Of a stretch of 64,000 nt of DNA, positions 47,547 through 58,700 are shown piece after piece. A program made the position numbers and the translations under genes. The stretch's first letter is position 1. Each line of letters starts with the position of its first letter. This stretch comes from a virus: positions 32,001 to 96,000 of the IMG/VR virus record IMGVR_UViG_3300042922_000923; one strand, given 5' to 3'. The notes under the pieces were generated by a model that was not told the DNA's origin, ran no database searches, and saw only the letters and a program-made list of their open reading frames with translations.

Positions 47547-48281
47547 GTGGTTACTGTGAAGGAGACAGACCTATTTATGTATTTGAGGGATTACTTTGAA
47601 ACTAATCCCCACAATGTTATATATACAGAGGTCGTAGGAGTAGGATATGGAAGACCAGATATTGTTGTTTTAAACAATGGTATTGTTACTGTAGTTGAAA
47701 TGAAAACTACTTTAAGCATGAAACTTATTGAACAGGCCTTTAACTGGAGATATGTTGCTAATTATGTTTATATAGCTATTCCTAAAGGAAGTAAGCCTTT
47801 AAATACATTTGTTACAAAGATATTAAGAGACTATGGAATAGGCATACTGCAAATAGATATACAAGGTTCCAGTACTTTAAAATGGTATCAAGAACACAAT
47901 GAAAAACTTAATTTTTGTGTTAGGGAAAGCCTAAGGCCTAAACTATTTAGGAATAAATCTAGAATTGATTGGAAGTCAAAACTTAAGGACATGTTTAAGT
48001 ATGAGAATAATGTTAGTGGTGGTAATGTAGGTGGAGGATATAATACTCCATACAAAGCTATGATAACGGAAGTAAAATGGTACCTGAAAACGCATCAAGA
48101 TAAACCTGTAGCTATAAAAGAACTAATTGAGTATCTAGACATTGTTAGAAGTCATTATAGTAATCCTAAAGCTGGCTTATATAATGCGCTAACAACTATA
48201 GAAAGTAAGGATATTGTATGTGAAACTATTGGTAATAAGATTTATTTCTCATTAACTAAAGAGGCTTCTGAGAAATATTAA
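47547..48281 (+). CDS. PD-(D/E)XK nuclease-like protein with C-terminal DNA-binding domain
   Basis: YTEV..GRPDIV..VVEMKT...EQA..W...ANYVYIAIP. Confidence 0.7.
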   Translation: MVTVKETDLFMYLRDYFETNPHNVIYTEVVGVGYGRPDIVVLNNGIVTVVEMKTTLSMKLIEQAFNWRYVANYVYIAIPKGSKPLNTFVTKILRDYGIGILQIDIQGSSTLKWYQEHNEKLNFCVRESLRPKLFRNKSRIDWKSKLKDMFKYENNVSGGNVGGGYNTPYKAMITEVKWYLKTHQDKPVAIKELIEYLDIVRSHYSNPKAGLYNALTTIESKDIVCETIGNKIYFSLTKEASEKY

Positions 48282-48290
48282 GACTTATTA

Positions 48291-48323
48291 AAATAAGGAG
48301 CAAATTAATGCTCCTTATTTTTT
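48291..48323. terminator. Bidirectional terminator
   Basis: AAATAAGGAGCA/TGCTCCTTATTT between convergent genes. Confidence 0.8.
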
Positions 48324-49654
48324 TATTCAGCTATAATTTCAACATTCGCGTTTGGTTGGAACTCAATAAGGTCAGCTTGATCTAGTGTATAGATAGAAGC
48401 ATAATCTACGTCTATTAATGTAAGTACTGGAGAATTTGGACTTATATTGTGTAAAAGTGGATAAGAACATTCATTTTCTATATAGTAGTCATCCCAAATT
48501 ACCTGTTTTCCAGATAAAAGTGACTTAGTATTATATTCTCTACTATACTCAGAGGTAATTACTTCATAATCACTAAAAATAGTACCCTCTTCATCTGCAA
48601 CAAATACATCTGCAATCATTTCTGGAGTATTGTGTCTCCAACCACCACCTGTAATTCCAGATAATGGACCACTTCCAGATAATTTAGAATACGTATCAGA
48701 AAGCATCTTAGGTCTATAACCTACATGAAATTCTTGACAAGGCATTTGTATGTCTATAGGTTCATCATCTTTTACAATAGGTACTGCATCATAGATCCAT
48801 TTATCAGTCTCTAAAATTTTGTTACCAAATGAATTTGTATAATTATTTTTCTTAATATTAGCTAATACATTGTAAATGTAGCTATCATAAGCAAGTCTAT
48901 CATAGGCCATGTTACCTTCTATTATTATAGTTATTTCACAGAACATATTGTGCTTACCTGAAAGATATCTCTCAGCCTTAGATACATTTCCAGAAAGAGT
49001 ATTTCCTTGTATTCTTTGAGCTGCATAGAGGTCATATTCTAAAGAATAATCAGAAAGTATATTATCTACAACTGAATCTGTATCATCGACTATTATTCCA
49101 GAGTTCTGAGTTTGAGTATAATATACTTTTATACCTGCTGCCTTTATTTGAGTAATTAAATTACGCAAATTTGTATCAGCATCATAAGGAAGATAAATGT
49201 CTATAACATTTCTTCTCCAGTATGTTCCATTTGGGAACCTACAGTCTCCAGAAAGAGTTCCTTTCCTACTTAGAACTTTTATTTTAGTGTAAGGTTCAAA
49301 AATAGTAATATCACTTTCATTTAGAGTAACATTATACTTTTGAGATAAATATGCTGCAACATTTCCTTTTAATGCAGATAAAGTTACCTTAGGATTTTGA
49401 ATGGAAGATATTATTCTAGCTCTATATAAGTCATCAGGTTCATCAACTGTTCTTATTACACCAAACCAGCTACCCCACTCATTTAACCAAGTGTCTGTAG
49501 CTGTGGTTATACATAATTCTAGTACTAAAAGGGCAGTGTCTTCTTCAGCTATGCTTAGTATGTTATATATAGATCCTAAGATAGCTTTATGAATTTCTTG
49601 TGATAAGTTTAAACTGTTTAGGAATCTTTGAGGAAAAAACTTAAAAAAATTCAT
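48323..49654 (-). CDS. Baseplate wedge protein (gpI-like N-terminus)
   Basis: TA..WLNEWG.WFGV.R..DE.DD.YRARI, KAAGI. Confidence 0.8.
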   Translation of the reverse strand: MNFFKFFPQRFLNSLNLSQEIHKAILGSIYNILSIAEEDTALLVLELCITTATDTWLNEWGSWFGVIRTVDEPDDLYRARIISSIQNPKVTLSALKGNVAAYLSQKYNVTLNESDITIFEPYTKIKVLSRKGTLSGDCRFPNGTYWRRNVIDIYLPYDADTNLRNLITQIKAAGIKVYYTQTQNSGIIVDDTDSVVDNILSDYSLEYDLYAAQRIQGNTLSGNVSKAERYLSGKHNMFCEITIIIEGNMAYDRLAYDSYIYNVLANIKKNNYTNSFGNKILETDKWIYDAVPIVKDDEPIDIQMPCQEFHVGYRPKMLSDTYSKLSGSGPLSGITGGGWRHNTPEMIADVFVADEEGTIFSDYEVITSEYSREYNTKSLLSGKQVIWDDYYIENECSYPLLHNISPNSPVLTLIDVDYASIYTLDQADLIEFQPNANVEIIAE

Positions 49655-49667
49655 TTTCGTGTTCCCC

Positions 49668-50735
49668 CTAATTTCCTACAGTTTCTGTAGTTACTTTAAT
49701 TGTTCCTGGTCTTAATAGTACCTGAGTAGATGCTGGTATTTTAGTAGCCGGTTCAATAACCTCAACATCTACTACTGCTAAATCATCTAGATTCATTAAG
49801 TACTTTATTAAACTAGTTATATAAAAAGCTTGATTTACTTGAAATTCATACATGTATGTTGATATAGCAGTTGATATTGTAGTCTTATAAAGTTCTGGAT
49901 CATAATCTTGATTAAGAATAACATTTACTTCTACATCTATAAGACTCTTGATTACAGGTAATATTTCAACTTCTACACCAGCTGACCTATATTCATCAAC
50001 AGCTGCTTTAACAGCCTGCTTTAGTGTATCTGAAAGATCTCCATTGGTATCATGACAGTATACTTTTACTAAACCAATATTACTATCATCAACGTAAACT
50101 CCTGTTATCCCTGATACTGTTGAAGCGGCGTATTCTATAGATCCTGCTGTGCCTCTAACTAGATTACTTATAAATTTTTTAAATCTAGCTTTACGTTCAG
50201 CCTTTGTTTCTGCTGCTCTACCATTAGTAAAAGGTAGTTCATTGTACACTTTTGATACTAAAGTATTAGCTGTTACCATTATGTTTATACTGTTCTCAGT
50301 AGTGTTTCCAGTAACACCAGCAACCGTACATATTACAGGTAGAATAATTTTACTCGAACCTATTGGTGCTATTACGTCTTTTGCTAATCTATAGTACTTT
50401 ACAGCACCAATACTTGAAGAGGTACAGAATGTTAATCCTGCTGGAAAATTTATTTCAGAAGTTAGTACATTTTTAAATTCAAGGGTTACATCTCCGCTTG
50501 CATATTCTTCAGGTATTATAGAAAATCCAAATGCATTAAATATGCTGTTTTCAATAGCATAAGAAATTGCATCATACATTTTAAAGTAAAGTTCCTCAAG
50601 TTGTAGGGAAACTGACTCTAATAAAGTTCTTACAACTGAACCAACTGAAAAATCAGTTATTTTTTTAGTTGTATGTGTAACATACGTAATTGCATTTTTT
50701 AATATTTCGCTTGCATTTTTTATTTTTAGTCCCAT
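49668..50735 (-). CDS. Baseplate J-like protein
   Basis: DFSVGSVVRTLLE, CTVAGVTGN, NG..AET...K.RF. Confidence 0.9.
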   Translation of the reverse strand: MGLKIKNASEILKNAITYVTHTTKKITDFSVGSVVRTLLESVSLQLEELYFKMYDAISYAIENSIFNAFGFSIIPEEYASGDVTLEFKNVLTSEINFPAGLTFCTSSSIGAVKYYRLAKDVIAPIGSSKIILPVICTVAGVTGNTTENSINIMVTANTLVSKVYNELPFTNGRAAETKAERKARFKKFISNLVRGTAGSIEYAASTVSGITGVYVDDSNIGLVKVYCHDTNGDLSDTLKQAVKAAVDEYRSAGVEVEILPVIKSLIDVEVNVILNQDYDPELYKTTISTAISTYMYEFQVNQAFYITSLIKYLMNLDDLAVVDVEVIEPATKIPASTQVLLRPGTIKVTTETVGN

Positions 50736-50751
50736 TATACTTTTCACCACC

Positions 50752-51417
50752 TTACACTGTTACGAAAGTTTCACTGAATGTAAACTTTTCATTAGGAGTG
50801 ACAAGAATAATATCACATGTTATGGTAACACCATTAGGCACTGATTTTACAATGCAATTTCTAACATTTGATACTCTTGTATCCTTCTTAAAAGTAGATA
50901 TTACTTCAAGTTTCATTTTTGTTAAATTTGATAGAGTTTTTGGCTTGCCTATCATTGTCATAAAATCAGATCCATAGTCTAAATGCATAGGAAGCTCACC
51001 ATAGTTCGTAGAAAGTCTCGTTAATAATGCTTGCCTAATATTCTCTATGCCTATAGCTTGCTTTATGTCTCCAGAAGAATCATCGGTTAGTTCTCCTTGT
51101 TTTTCAAAATTTTGAATACCATTAGTATCAGTTTCAAAGTCTAAAAACATATCAACACCATAAGTTCTCTTTTGAAGCTCTGCATCAGATACATAGTCTA
51201 TAGTAGAGACATTTTCTACAGGTATTAATAAATTGTCACCTATATATTTGATATTAGGAAGTCTCTGTGTAGAAGGTAAGGCTATTTCATCTATAATAAA
51301 AGGATATTGTAATCCATTTATATATACTATGTCTTCCCAAGAGGTGACGTTATACCTTGATGCGAGTCTTTGTAAGGTATCTCCAAGTACTATTTTATGA
51401 GAAATACAAGTACTCAT
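50752..51417 (-). CDS. LysM + gp25-like baseplate wedge protein
   Basis: GDTLQRLA..Y..W..I...N.L; NIRQALLTRLST..GELP.H.DYGS, D.RV. Confidence 0.85.
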   Translation of the reverse strand: MSTCISHKIVLGDTLQRLASRYNVTSWEDIVYINGLQYPFIIDEIALPSTQRLPNIKYIGDNLLIPVENVSTIDYVSDAELQKRTYGVDMFLDFETDTNGIQNFEKQGELTDDSSGDIKQAIGIENIRQALLTRLSTNYGELPMHLDYGSDFMTMIGKPKTLSNLTKMKLEVISTFKKDTRVSNVRNCIVKSVPNGVTITCDIILVTPNEKFTFSETFVTV

Positions 51418-52223
51418 TATGATTTTACCTCCCTGCTATAGTTATCAAATAACTCTATTGTTCCTCTTATGTTCTGAATTGCTATATGAAGCTTTCGTAC
51501 TTCTTTTATAAGAAGAATAGGTCTGATACTTAAATCATATAGCTCTAAAGCACAAGAAACATACTTAATGTTATTTAGTAACACATCTAGTTCTAGAAGT
51601 GAAATAGATATTTTTACTGGATTACTAATAAAATTTGCTAGTATAGAATATATTCTTACAGCAGATACTAATATGTGCTTAGTCATTAATAAATAATTGT
51701 TATTTAGATTATATAATTTTAGTACACTAACAAAATTACTATCTTGAATATTATCTCCTTGTGCTAGTAATAGAGCTAGTATAGTGCTATAGCTAATACC
51801 TGTATTCTTAGATGTTACCGAATTTCTAGGAAGATACACAGAAATATATTTATAGTAGCTTTCAGTTTCTATTAAGTCTTCAGAATAATTTTTTAATTTA
51901 TCAAATATTGATAAGTTGTCATTAGACCACTCATTTTTAAAGGCTATATCTTGAACTCCATCATTCATAAGAACAGAACAGTGTATATTAGTAAAGGTTC
52001 CAGAGCTAAGTACTGATATTCCAGATGTTATATATTTAGCCACAACTGGCGAAATTTTACCATTTGAACCTCCTAATATATCTGTAAAATTATTTAGTAG
52101 CGTTTTCATAGAATCTATAGTGCTGCTTGTTATTTCCTGATTATATTCATACTGCACACCAACCTCTAAAGGAGCGTATACTTCTATTATTTTAGAAATT
52201 GAATTATCTGGCACATTAATCAT
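51417..52223 (-). CDS. Hypothetical baseplate-region protein
   Basis: 268 aa in structural operon. Confidence 0.65.
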   Translation of the reverse strand: MINVPDNSISKIIEVYAPLEVGVQYEYNQEITSSTIDSMKTLLNNFTDILGGSNGKISPVVAKYITSGISVLSSGTFTNIHCSVLMNDGVQDIAFKNEWSNDNLSIFDKLKNYSEDLIETESYYKYISVYLPRNSVTSKNTGISYSTILALLLAQGDNIQDSNFVSVLKLYNLNNNYLLMTKHILVSAVRIYSILANFISNPVKISISLLELDVLLNNIKYVSCALELYDLSIRPILLIKEVRKLHIAIQNIRGTIELFDNYSREVKS

Positions 52224-52258
52224 CTCCTTTATTAATAAAATAAGGTGCAGTACATATA

Positions 52259-52873
52259 TTATTTGTTTTCAGATGAATTTGTTGGCTGATGTTCTGCTAA
52301 ATAATTTTCATAAGCTTCATTGGTATCTGTAGTCTCAATAGAAGTTGATGAAATTAAGTTTGGACTTATTGGAACAATGTCTTTAAATACTGTATCTGCT
52401 GTAGTTGGATTTAAAGGATCATAATCACCAATCATAGCAAGTCCAATTAGACTAATATCATAAACATAAAGTAAGCTTCTAGACTTATCTCTATCTAGTA
52501 AGAATTTATCAGGGTATACATACCAGTAGTCTTCATCAGTGTAATTATAGAATTTTAGAAGATTACTTATTTTTTCACCTGGCTTAACATCTTTATATAT
52601 TTTTCTTATGAAGTCTCTAAGCTCAACAAATTTTTTAAAACCATTTGTAGCATCACCTGTCCCATTTTTAAAACCTGTAGTCCCTTTTATTTCAATAGAT
52701 ACTAAGGCTGCACCCCAAGCATCAATGTATGCACCACCTTTTGTTTGGACAACTGTAGCACGACTAGGTTCTGATTGAGTGTACTGCTCAGGGTTCAATG
52801 CAAATTTATATGAGGAATCCCCATATTCAAATTCTATTCTCTTTAATGAAGTTACTCCATTACTTTGTGGCAT
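52259..52873 (-). CDS. Conserved tail/baseplate protein
   Basis: FALNPEQY...P.R..V.QTKGG...WG...I.GTTG. Confidence 0.75.
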   Translation of the reverse strand: MPQSNGVTSLKRIEFEYGDSSYKFALNPEQYTQSEPSRATVVQTKGGAYIDAWGAALVSIEIKGTTGFKNGTGDATNGFKKFVELRDFIRKIYKDVKPGEKISNLLKFYNYTDEDYWYVYPDKFLLDRDKSRSLLYVYDISLIGLAMIGDYDPLNPTTADTVFKDIVPISPNLISSTSIETTDTNEAYENYLAEHQPTNSSENK

Positions 52874-52884
52874 AAAAATCACCT

Positions 52885-53892
52885 CTATTCAGACTTTGTT
52901 ACAACTTCCTTACCATTTACTAATACATTTCCAGTAAAGTTAATGGTATCACCATCTATAGTAAATGTAGCTCCTTTTGAATTAGATATAGTAACCTTTC
53001 CTAATTCATCAACACAGAACTCAGTAAAAGTATTAGCTTCATCTCTTTTGTTAGAATCAAGCTGTCTCTTAATTTTAATTGCTCCATTAGCTGACATTTG
53101 AACATAACTTAAGGTATTATCATTATTATCTCTTGATAACCTTAAGGTACCCTTATCATTTGTCATATCCACAAATACCTTAGTTTTAGTACTTGTAGAA
53201 TCATCAATATTATCTCTAAATACTGCTAAAAAACTTTTAGGATTAGTATAAAAATTATATCCATTTCCATATTCATCTTGAAAATTAGAAGGTAATTGAA
53301 GAGTTTTATTTGATACTTTTGATTTTTGAGATAAATCTTCAAAGTCAGTTGTATCGTCATTAATATCCTCAGACCAAGATATAAATGACTTTGAATGCAT
53401 TGCAAATTCTAAATTTCCTAGTCCATCAATTTTAAAGTAATCCTGAAGAGGAAATACTCTTAGGTATTTTCTATAGTCTTTTAAGTCTCTAAAGCTATTA
53501 ACAGGATCTAAAGGATAAGTAGCTGGAAATATATTATTTAAGTTATCTACATTATGCATAGTTCCAATAATAACTGGTTCATCTTTAAGTCCATCTAAGA
53601 AAGTTAGAGCAACTGTTTGTCCTTTCATAAGAGGTTCTTGAACTCCATAAGAAATTTGGTTGGCAGAGTCATATCCTGAGTTAGATGATAGCACTCTACA
53701 TGCAAATCTTCCTTCATTATTAGCAGATCCTATGATTCTATTATTATTTCTGATTAATTTTACATCTACAGTATTGTGTTTTTCATGAACCTTTATTACT
53801 TCAGCAAGTACAATGTATCCAAACATATTTTGGTCTTGCCTAAAGGTTCCTTTTAGTCTTCCTAAGCTACTTTGAAATATTGGACCTTCCAT
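52885..53892 (-). CDS. Baseplate central spike-like protein (OB-fold + beta repeats)
   Basis: FQSSLG, LAEVIKV, P..G..V..FLDG...PVIIG; C-terminal G.V..NG. Confidence 0.7.
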   Translation of the reverse strand: MEGPIFQSSLGRLKGTFRQDQNMFGYIVLAEVIKVHEKHNTVDVKLIRNNNRIIGSANNEGRFACRVLSSNSGYDSANQISYGVQEPLMKGQTVALTFLDGLKDEPVIIGTMHNVDNLNNIFPATYPLDPVNSFRDLKDYRKYLRVFPLQDYFKIDGLGNLEFAMHSKSFISWSEDINDDTTDFEDLSQKSKVSNKTLQLPSNFQDEYGNGYNFYTNPKSFLAVFRDNIDDSTSTKTKVFVDMTNDKGTLRLSRDNNDNTLSYVQMSANGAIKIKRQLDSNKRDEANTFTEFCVDELGKVTISNSKGATFTIDGDTINFTGNVLVNGKEVVTKSE

Positions 53893-53903
53893 TTAATCAT
53901 CTC

Positions 53904-55700
53904 CTATAAAACTCTTCTTACTGCACATAGTGATGGTACTGGAGCTATTTTAACTTTATCATTTTTATGTGGAGCTTCTATCATTTTTCCATCACCTATA
54001 TACATCATTACATGACCTGGACCACCTGAACCCGGTTCAGAAAATAATAAGTCTCCAGCTTGCCATTTAGACTGATCGTTTATGTCAATATCCTTTCCAC
54101 AGTTAGATTGTTCTTGTGACGTTCTAGGTAAATTGATACCAAAGTGTTTATAAACATATTGTACAAATCCAGAACAATCAAAGCTACTAGGTCCTGTAGC
54201 ACCATATTCATAAGGTACTCCTAAGAAAGTTTTAGAGTAAGCTACCACTTCAGCTCCTGTTCCAGTTGCAGTACCAAGATCTCCAGATGAATCTGATGAT
54301 GATGACACAGTTTTTGTTTTTATTCCAAAAATAGAAGGATCAAAAGTTTCATACTGGTCATAGGGTTCATTGAATCTATCATCAGGTGGTAAGCCTCTTG
54401 TAAGTGCTAATTGAACTTGATATGTTCCAAATATGTTAAAAATGCATGTTACACCTTCTACATAAAGTTCTAAACCTTCAGACTTTAATTTAACCCTTGA
54501 ACCTAATTTAAATCTATTACTACCACGAACAAGTAATGGACCATTATACATAGAATTATTTTTTATGTTCCAGTTAAATAGATCCTGAGTGCACTGCATA
54601 CTTCTTGTATTAGCAGCATCCTTATCATCAGCTCCTGCAAACATTGAATACATTGTTGTAACGTCTAAACGTCTGACACCATACTTTTTAAAATAAGGAG
54701 GATACCATAAAGGTACATATCCAAATGAACTTGAAGCATTCATTGAAGATAGCATTGTAGAACAATTTACTGAATACAAAGTATAAGTTTCTAAGTCTGA
54801 CCTTCCTAAACCATCTGTAATAATTTCTTCATCAAGAATATCAGTAGTACTTAGTTGCTCCCAAAGGTCCTTTGAAAATGGTGTTGGCCTAAGACAGAGT
54901 GTTGGAATATCGTCTATTACTTCCCAAAATAATTCATTAAATGGAGCATTTTGTATTTCCTTCATTAACTGCCATAAAGAGCCTTGATAGTTTAAAAGAC
55001 TACTCACATCTAATAGCGTGTAGTCTGGCCTAGCACTTAATTTTAATTGAATCTTTTTTAATAAAGAAGAATTATCTGAAAAATTATAGTCAATATAAGC
55101 TCCTGCATAAGCATTAATTAACTTATCTATAGCTTCATTAGCAGCACAACCTTCTAATGAAACTTCTTGGCCTAAATATCCTAAAAAGTTTTCAGAGACT
55201 TCAACTTCATTAACAATACCTATGTTAAAAGATAAAAAAGCTTTATTTAATCCTCTTCCTGAAATAGTGAGTACTCTAGTTGGTTTATCTTGATTGTATA
55301 CAAAGTTTCTTCTACAATCATCGACTAGGCCAACAAAGGTAACTTGTAATTTTTCAGGAGGTCTACACATCTTTATAACAACTAAATCATTTGATGCTAT
55401 AGAATAAAACCATTCATCTCTATACACTAAATTTAAAGAAAAAACAGGAGCATCATTATGCAGTAGTCTAGATGTAGTTATAGACACTATATCATAGCCA
55501 AATTCTGTAACATTAGGCTTTATTTCTCCTTTTACTACTATATTTGAAGTTTCAGTATATATAGTAACTTCAGCAGCAGGATAATAAATGCTAGTTCTAT
55601 TTCCAGATGAAGTATTTCCCGATTGTGATGTTCCTGTAGAAGAAGAGGACAATCCTGTAGTTAATGAAGAACCTGCGAGATTAGTAGTATCATCTGCCAC
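53904..55700 (-). CDS. Baseplate hub / tail lysin with C-terminal NlpC/P60 endopeptidase
   Basis: PFNELFW, RPTPF; LGVPYEYGATGPSSFDCSG..HVMMY. Confidence 0.88.
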   Translation of the reverse strand: MADDTTNLAGSSLTTGLSSSSTGTSQSGNTSSGNRTSIYYPAAEVTIYTETSNIVVKGEIKPNVTEFGYDIVSITTSRLLHNDAPVFSLNLVYRDEWFYSIASNDLVVIKMCRPPEKLQVTFVGLVDDCRRNFVYNQDKPTRVLTISGRGLNKAFLSFNIGIVNEVEVSENFLGYLGQEVSLEGCAANEAIDKLINAYAGAYIDYNFSDNSSLLKKIQLKLSARPDYTLLDVSSLLNYQGSLWQLMKEIQNAPFNELFWEVIDDIPTLCLRPTPFSKDLWEQLSTTDILDEEIITDGLGRSDLETYTLYSVNCSTMLSSMNASSSFGYVPLWYPPYFKKYGVRRLDVTTMYSMFAGADDKDAANTRSMQCTQDLFNWNIKNNSMYNGPLLVRGSNRFKLGSRVKLKSEGLELYVEGVTCIFNIFGTYQVQLALTRGLPPDDRFNEPYDQYETFDPSIFGIKTKTVSSSSDSSGDLGTATGTGAEVVAYSKTFLGVPYEYGATGPSSFDCSGFVQYVYKHFGINLPRTSQEQSNCGKDIDINDQSKWQAGDLLFSEPGSGGPGHVMMYIGDGKMIEAPHKNDKVKIAPVPSLCAVRRVL

Positions 55701-55701
55701 T

Positions 55702-58700
55702 TTAATTCACCTCTCTTGTCATACCATTTGATAGTAGATTTAATAATTGTGGTTGATTATTATTTATAACTTGAATAGCAGCATTTGCTACATTTCCTTG
55801 TTGCTCTTTGCTAAATCCGGTACCATTAACTGTTATAGTTAAATTAAGGCTTCCAGAAATATTAGAACTTCTAGAAGTTACATTGGAACCTCCTGAAATA
55901 TCTCCTAATAACGATGCAGTAGATACGTTAGCAGGATTATCAGGATTTTCGTTAGCTGGAACAACTTTTTCACCCTTATGCGCATAAATTAATCCATCAT
56001 TGCTTAAACTTTTAGCACCTATAGCATATTTTGAAGCACTATTTTGCAATTCTTCATAGTACTTTGGAACTTTTTGAATATAGTCCATTGTTTCTTTATA
56101 CCCTAAGTACTTTCCAGTATTAACAGCACCTTGTCCAGCATTGTATGCAGCTAGTGCTAATTTTATATCACCATTATTTGCTTTTAAGTCTCTTGCAAGT
56201 TCAGAAGCACCTGCATTAATATTTGCTTGTGGATCATTTTTTACTTGATTCCAGTTCATTCCACTAGTTTCTGCTGAGTCACTTGTTATTTGCATTAAAC
56301 CATATGCCCCAGCAGAACTAACTGAATCTTTATTTCCACCAGACTCTTGCATCATTACAGCTTTTATTAAATTAGGATCAACACCATATTCCTTAGCAGA
56401 TTTTTGTACCATTTTATCCCACTGATTTACATTGCTCCATCCAGAGCCACCACTACCTAATTTACTGTTACCATTCATCCCACCATTGATACTCTTTGTA
56501 CTTGTGCCAGAATCTGAGTCGCTTCCACCACCAAATAAATTTGAGAACCAGTCTCCTATTTCATCTAGTAGACTCTTTTCTTTTTTAGGTTGAAATTGTT
56601 GTGTTATATTATTAGCACTACTAGAATTATTCCAGAAGCTAGAAGTTCCATCAGCATTTGCTGATTTTTGGGAATCTTTATTTAAGTCTTCTCTTCTCTT
56701 TACAACATCTGACTCAGTTTGAAGAATATCCTTCCATTGTTTCTGCTGATCTATTCGTTCTGAAACAACACTTCCTGTAGAAGATGAAGAGGAACCAGAA
56801 CCTTCTAGTTTAGATACATCATTGTATAAGTTTCCAGATACAGATGAACCTATGTGACTTCCTCCAAAAGCTCCAGCTATTCCTCCAATAATTCCACCAA
56901 TACCAGCTCCAATAGGTCCACCAAACGCACCAATAGCTGCACCAGCTTCAGCGCCTCCCCATGCTCCAAGGCCTCCACCAATACCAGCTCCAGCACCTTT
57001 AGCCACAGCTTCTCCATCAGAACCTCCATTTGCTTTAGTGCTAGAATATTCATCATATGCGCTAAATAAACCTGAAACTATTGGAGCGCCTTTTCCTATT
57101 ATTTTACCTGCTTTAGATAAAACGTCTCCAAATCCTCCTGCTGCTTCAGCTCCTACGCTTGCATCTCCCATAAATCCTAAACCTTTAGTAGTGAATGACT
57201 CAGCTTCAGCTGCTTCTGATGCTGCACCACCAGCACCTCCAAAAGGGTTCTTAAATTTACCTTTAAAAAGTCCACTAAGAAGTTTTGAACCAATAGAATA
57301 CATTCCTATTCCAGCTGCACCTGACAATGCATTCATAGCTATTTGTCCACCTACACTAGAATTGTTATAAGTGTTTTGCCAAGGTGTAACAATAGAGTCT
57401 TCTATATCTCCAACAGCCTTTGAAGAATTTTCTTTATTAGCTCTATAAGCATCTCTTCTTCTAACACCAGAGTTATTATAAGTATCATATTTGCTATCTA
57501 AGTCTCCATTAGATGAAGTTATTTTTTCAATTTCTGATTGAGCTTTTTTTCCTGATTTTAGGTCATCATAGTTAGAATCACTTAGAAGCTGGTCTGCAAC
57601 TGATGAAGATATTCCTAGCTTATCCATCAAAATCATTTCTTGATAAGACTTATTTCCTCCAGCCAATTTTTCAGAATTTTGAAGTATTCTTGCTAAATTC
57701 TGAGGATCAGAAATACCTTTTTCCATTTGTCTTCTCAAAGAAAGCATACCCTCAGGACCAGTAAATTCTGAATTTCTTCCTAAAAGAATTTGCATACCAT
57801 TATCAGCGTTTTGAATATTGCTGTTCATGCTAGAAAGTACATTAGCGCCTTGTGAACCTCTTAATTGAGGTGACATTTCACCAAACATATTTTGCATAGC
57901 CATTATTCCGGTTAAATCTGAGTTATTTACAGTAGTCTTAGCACTAGCAACACTTTGAGCAAGCTGATTTGTAGATTCAATAAGTTCAGATTCTCTACCA
58001 GACATATTCTGTTGCTTAATACTTTCAGCAATCATGCCAGCAAACTTTTGCTGTTCACCTTCATTTGTAGCTCCAATTTTATTCATGTTCCCAGCTACAC
58101 TAGCAAGCTGATTAGCATCTACAGCATATGCTCTTCCAAATTTTTGAAATGCATCAACGTCTGCTAAACTATTTTTAGTATTAGTAACTCCACCTATTGT
58201 TTCATATGTAGAAGCTACTTGAGCACTTTCACTCATAGTATGACTTGTATTTCTAGCTAGTTGTTCAATATCTTTTCTAGCTTGCTTGTAGTCAGAACCA
58301 TAGTCACCTGTTTTTTGAACAGTGTTATACGCTAATCTTTCATCACGATCCATTAAGTCATAACCAGAATTTAGTGCACCAAAAATATGTCTTGTTGCAC
58401 TAATACCCATGTAGCCACCAAATAGATCTCCTATGCTTAAGCCACCAGAACCACCAGAGCCTCCACCAGGACTATTAGGATTTGTGTTATCTTGAGAAGG
58501 TGGTGGAGTATAAGGAACCGGAAGATTCCTATTGCCTCCACCAAAATCAGTAGTATTTGTACCTCCAGTGTTGCCTCCACCACCAAAGCCTCCAGATCCT
58601 CCAGAGCCACTAGTATTATGCATGTTATTAAATAAATCTTGTTGCTTTCTATACATATCATCAGCAACTCGCATAGTTTCCTGAAGTTGTTGTCTTTGAG

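Noticed and set aside
56850-57350. Gly/Ala-rich low-complexity repeats
   Set aside because: Ordinary glycine-zipper region of the tape measure protein
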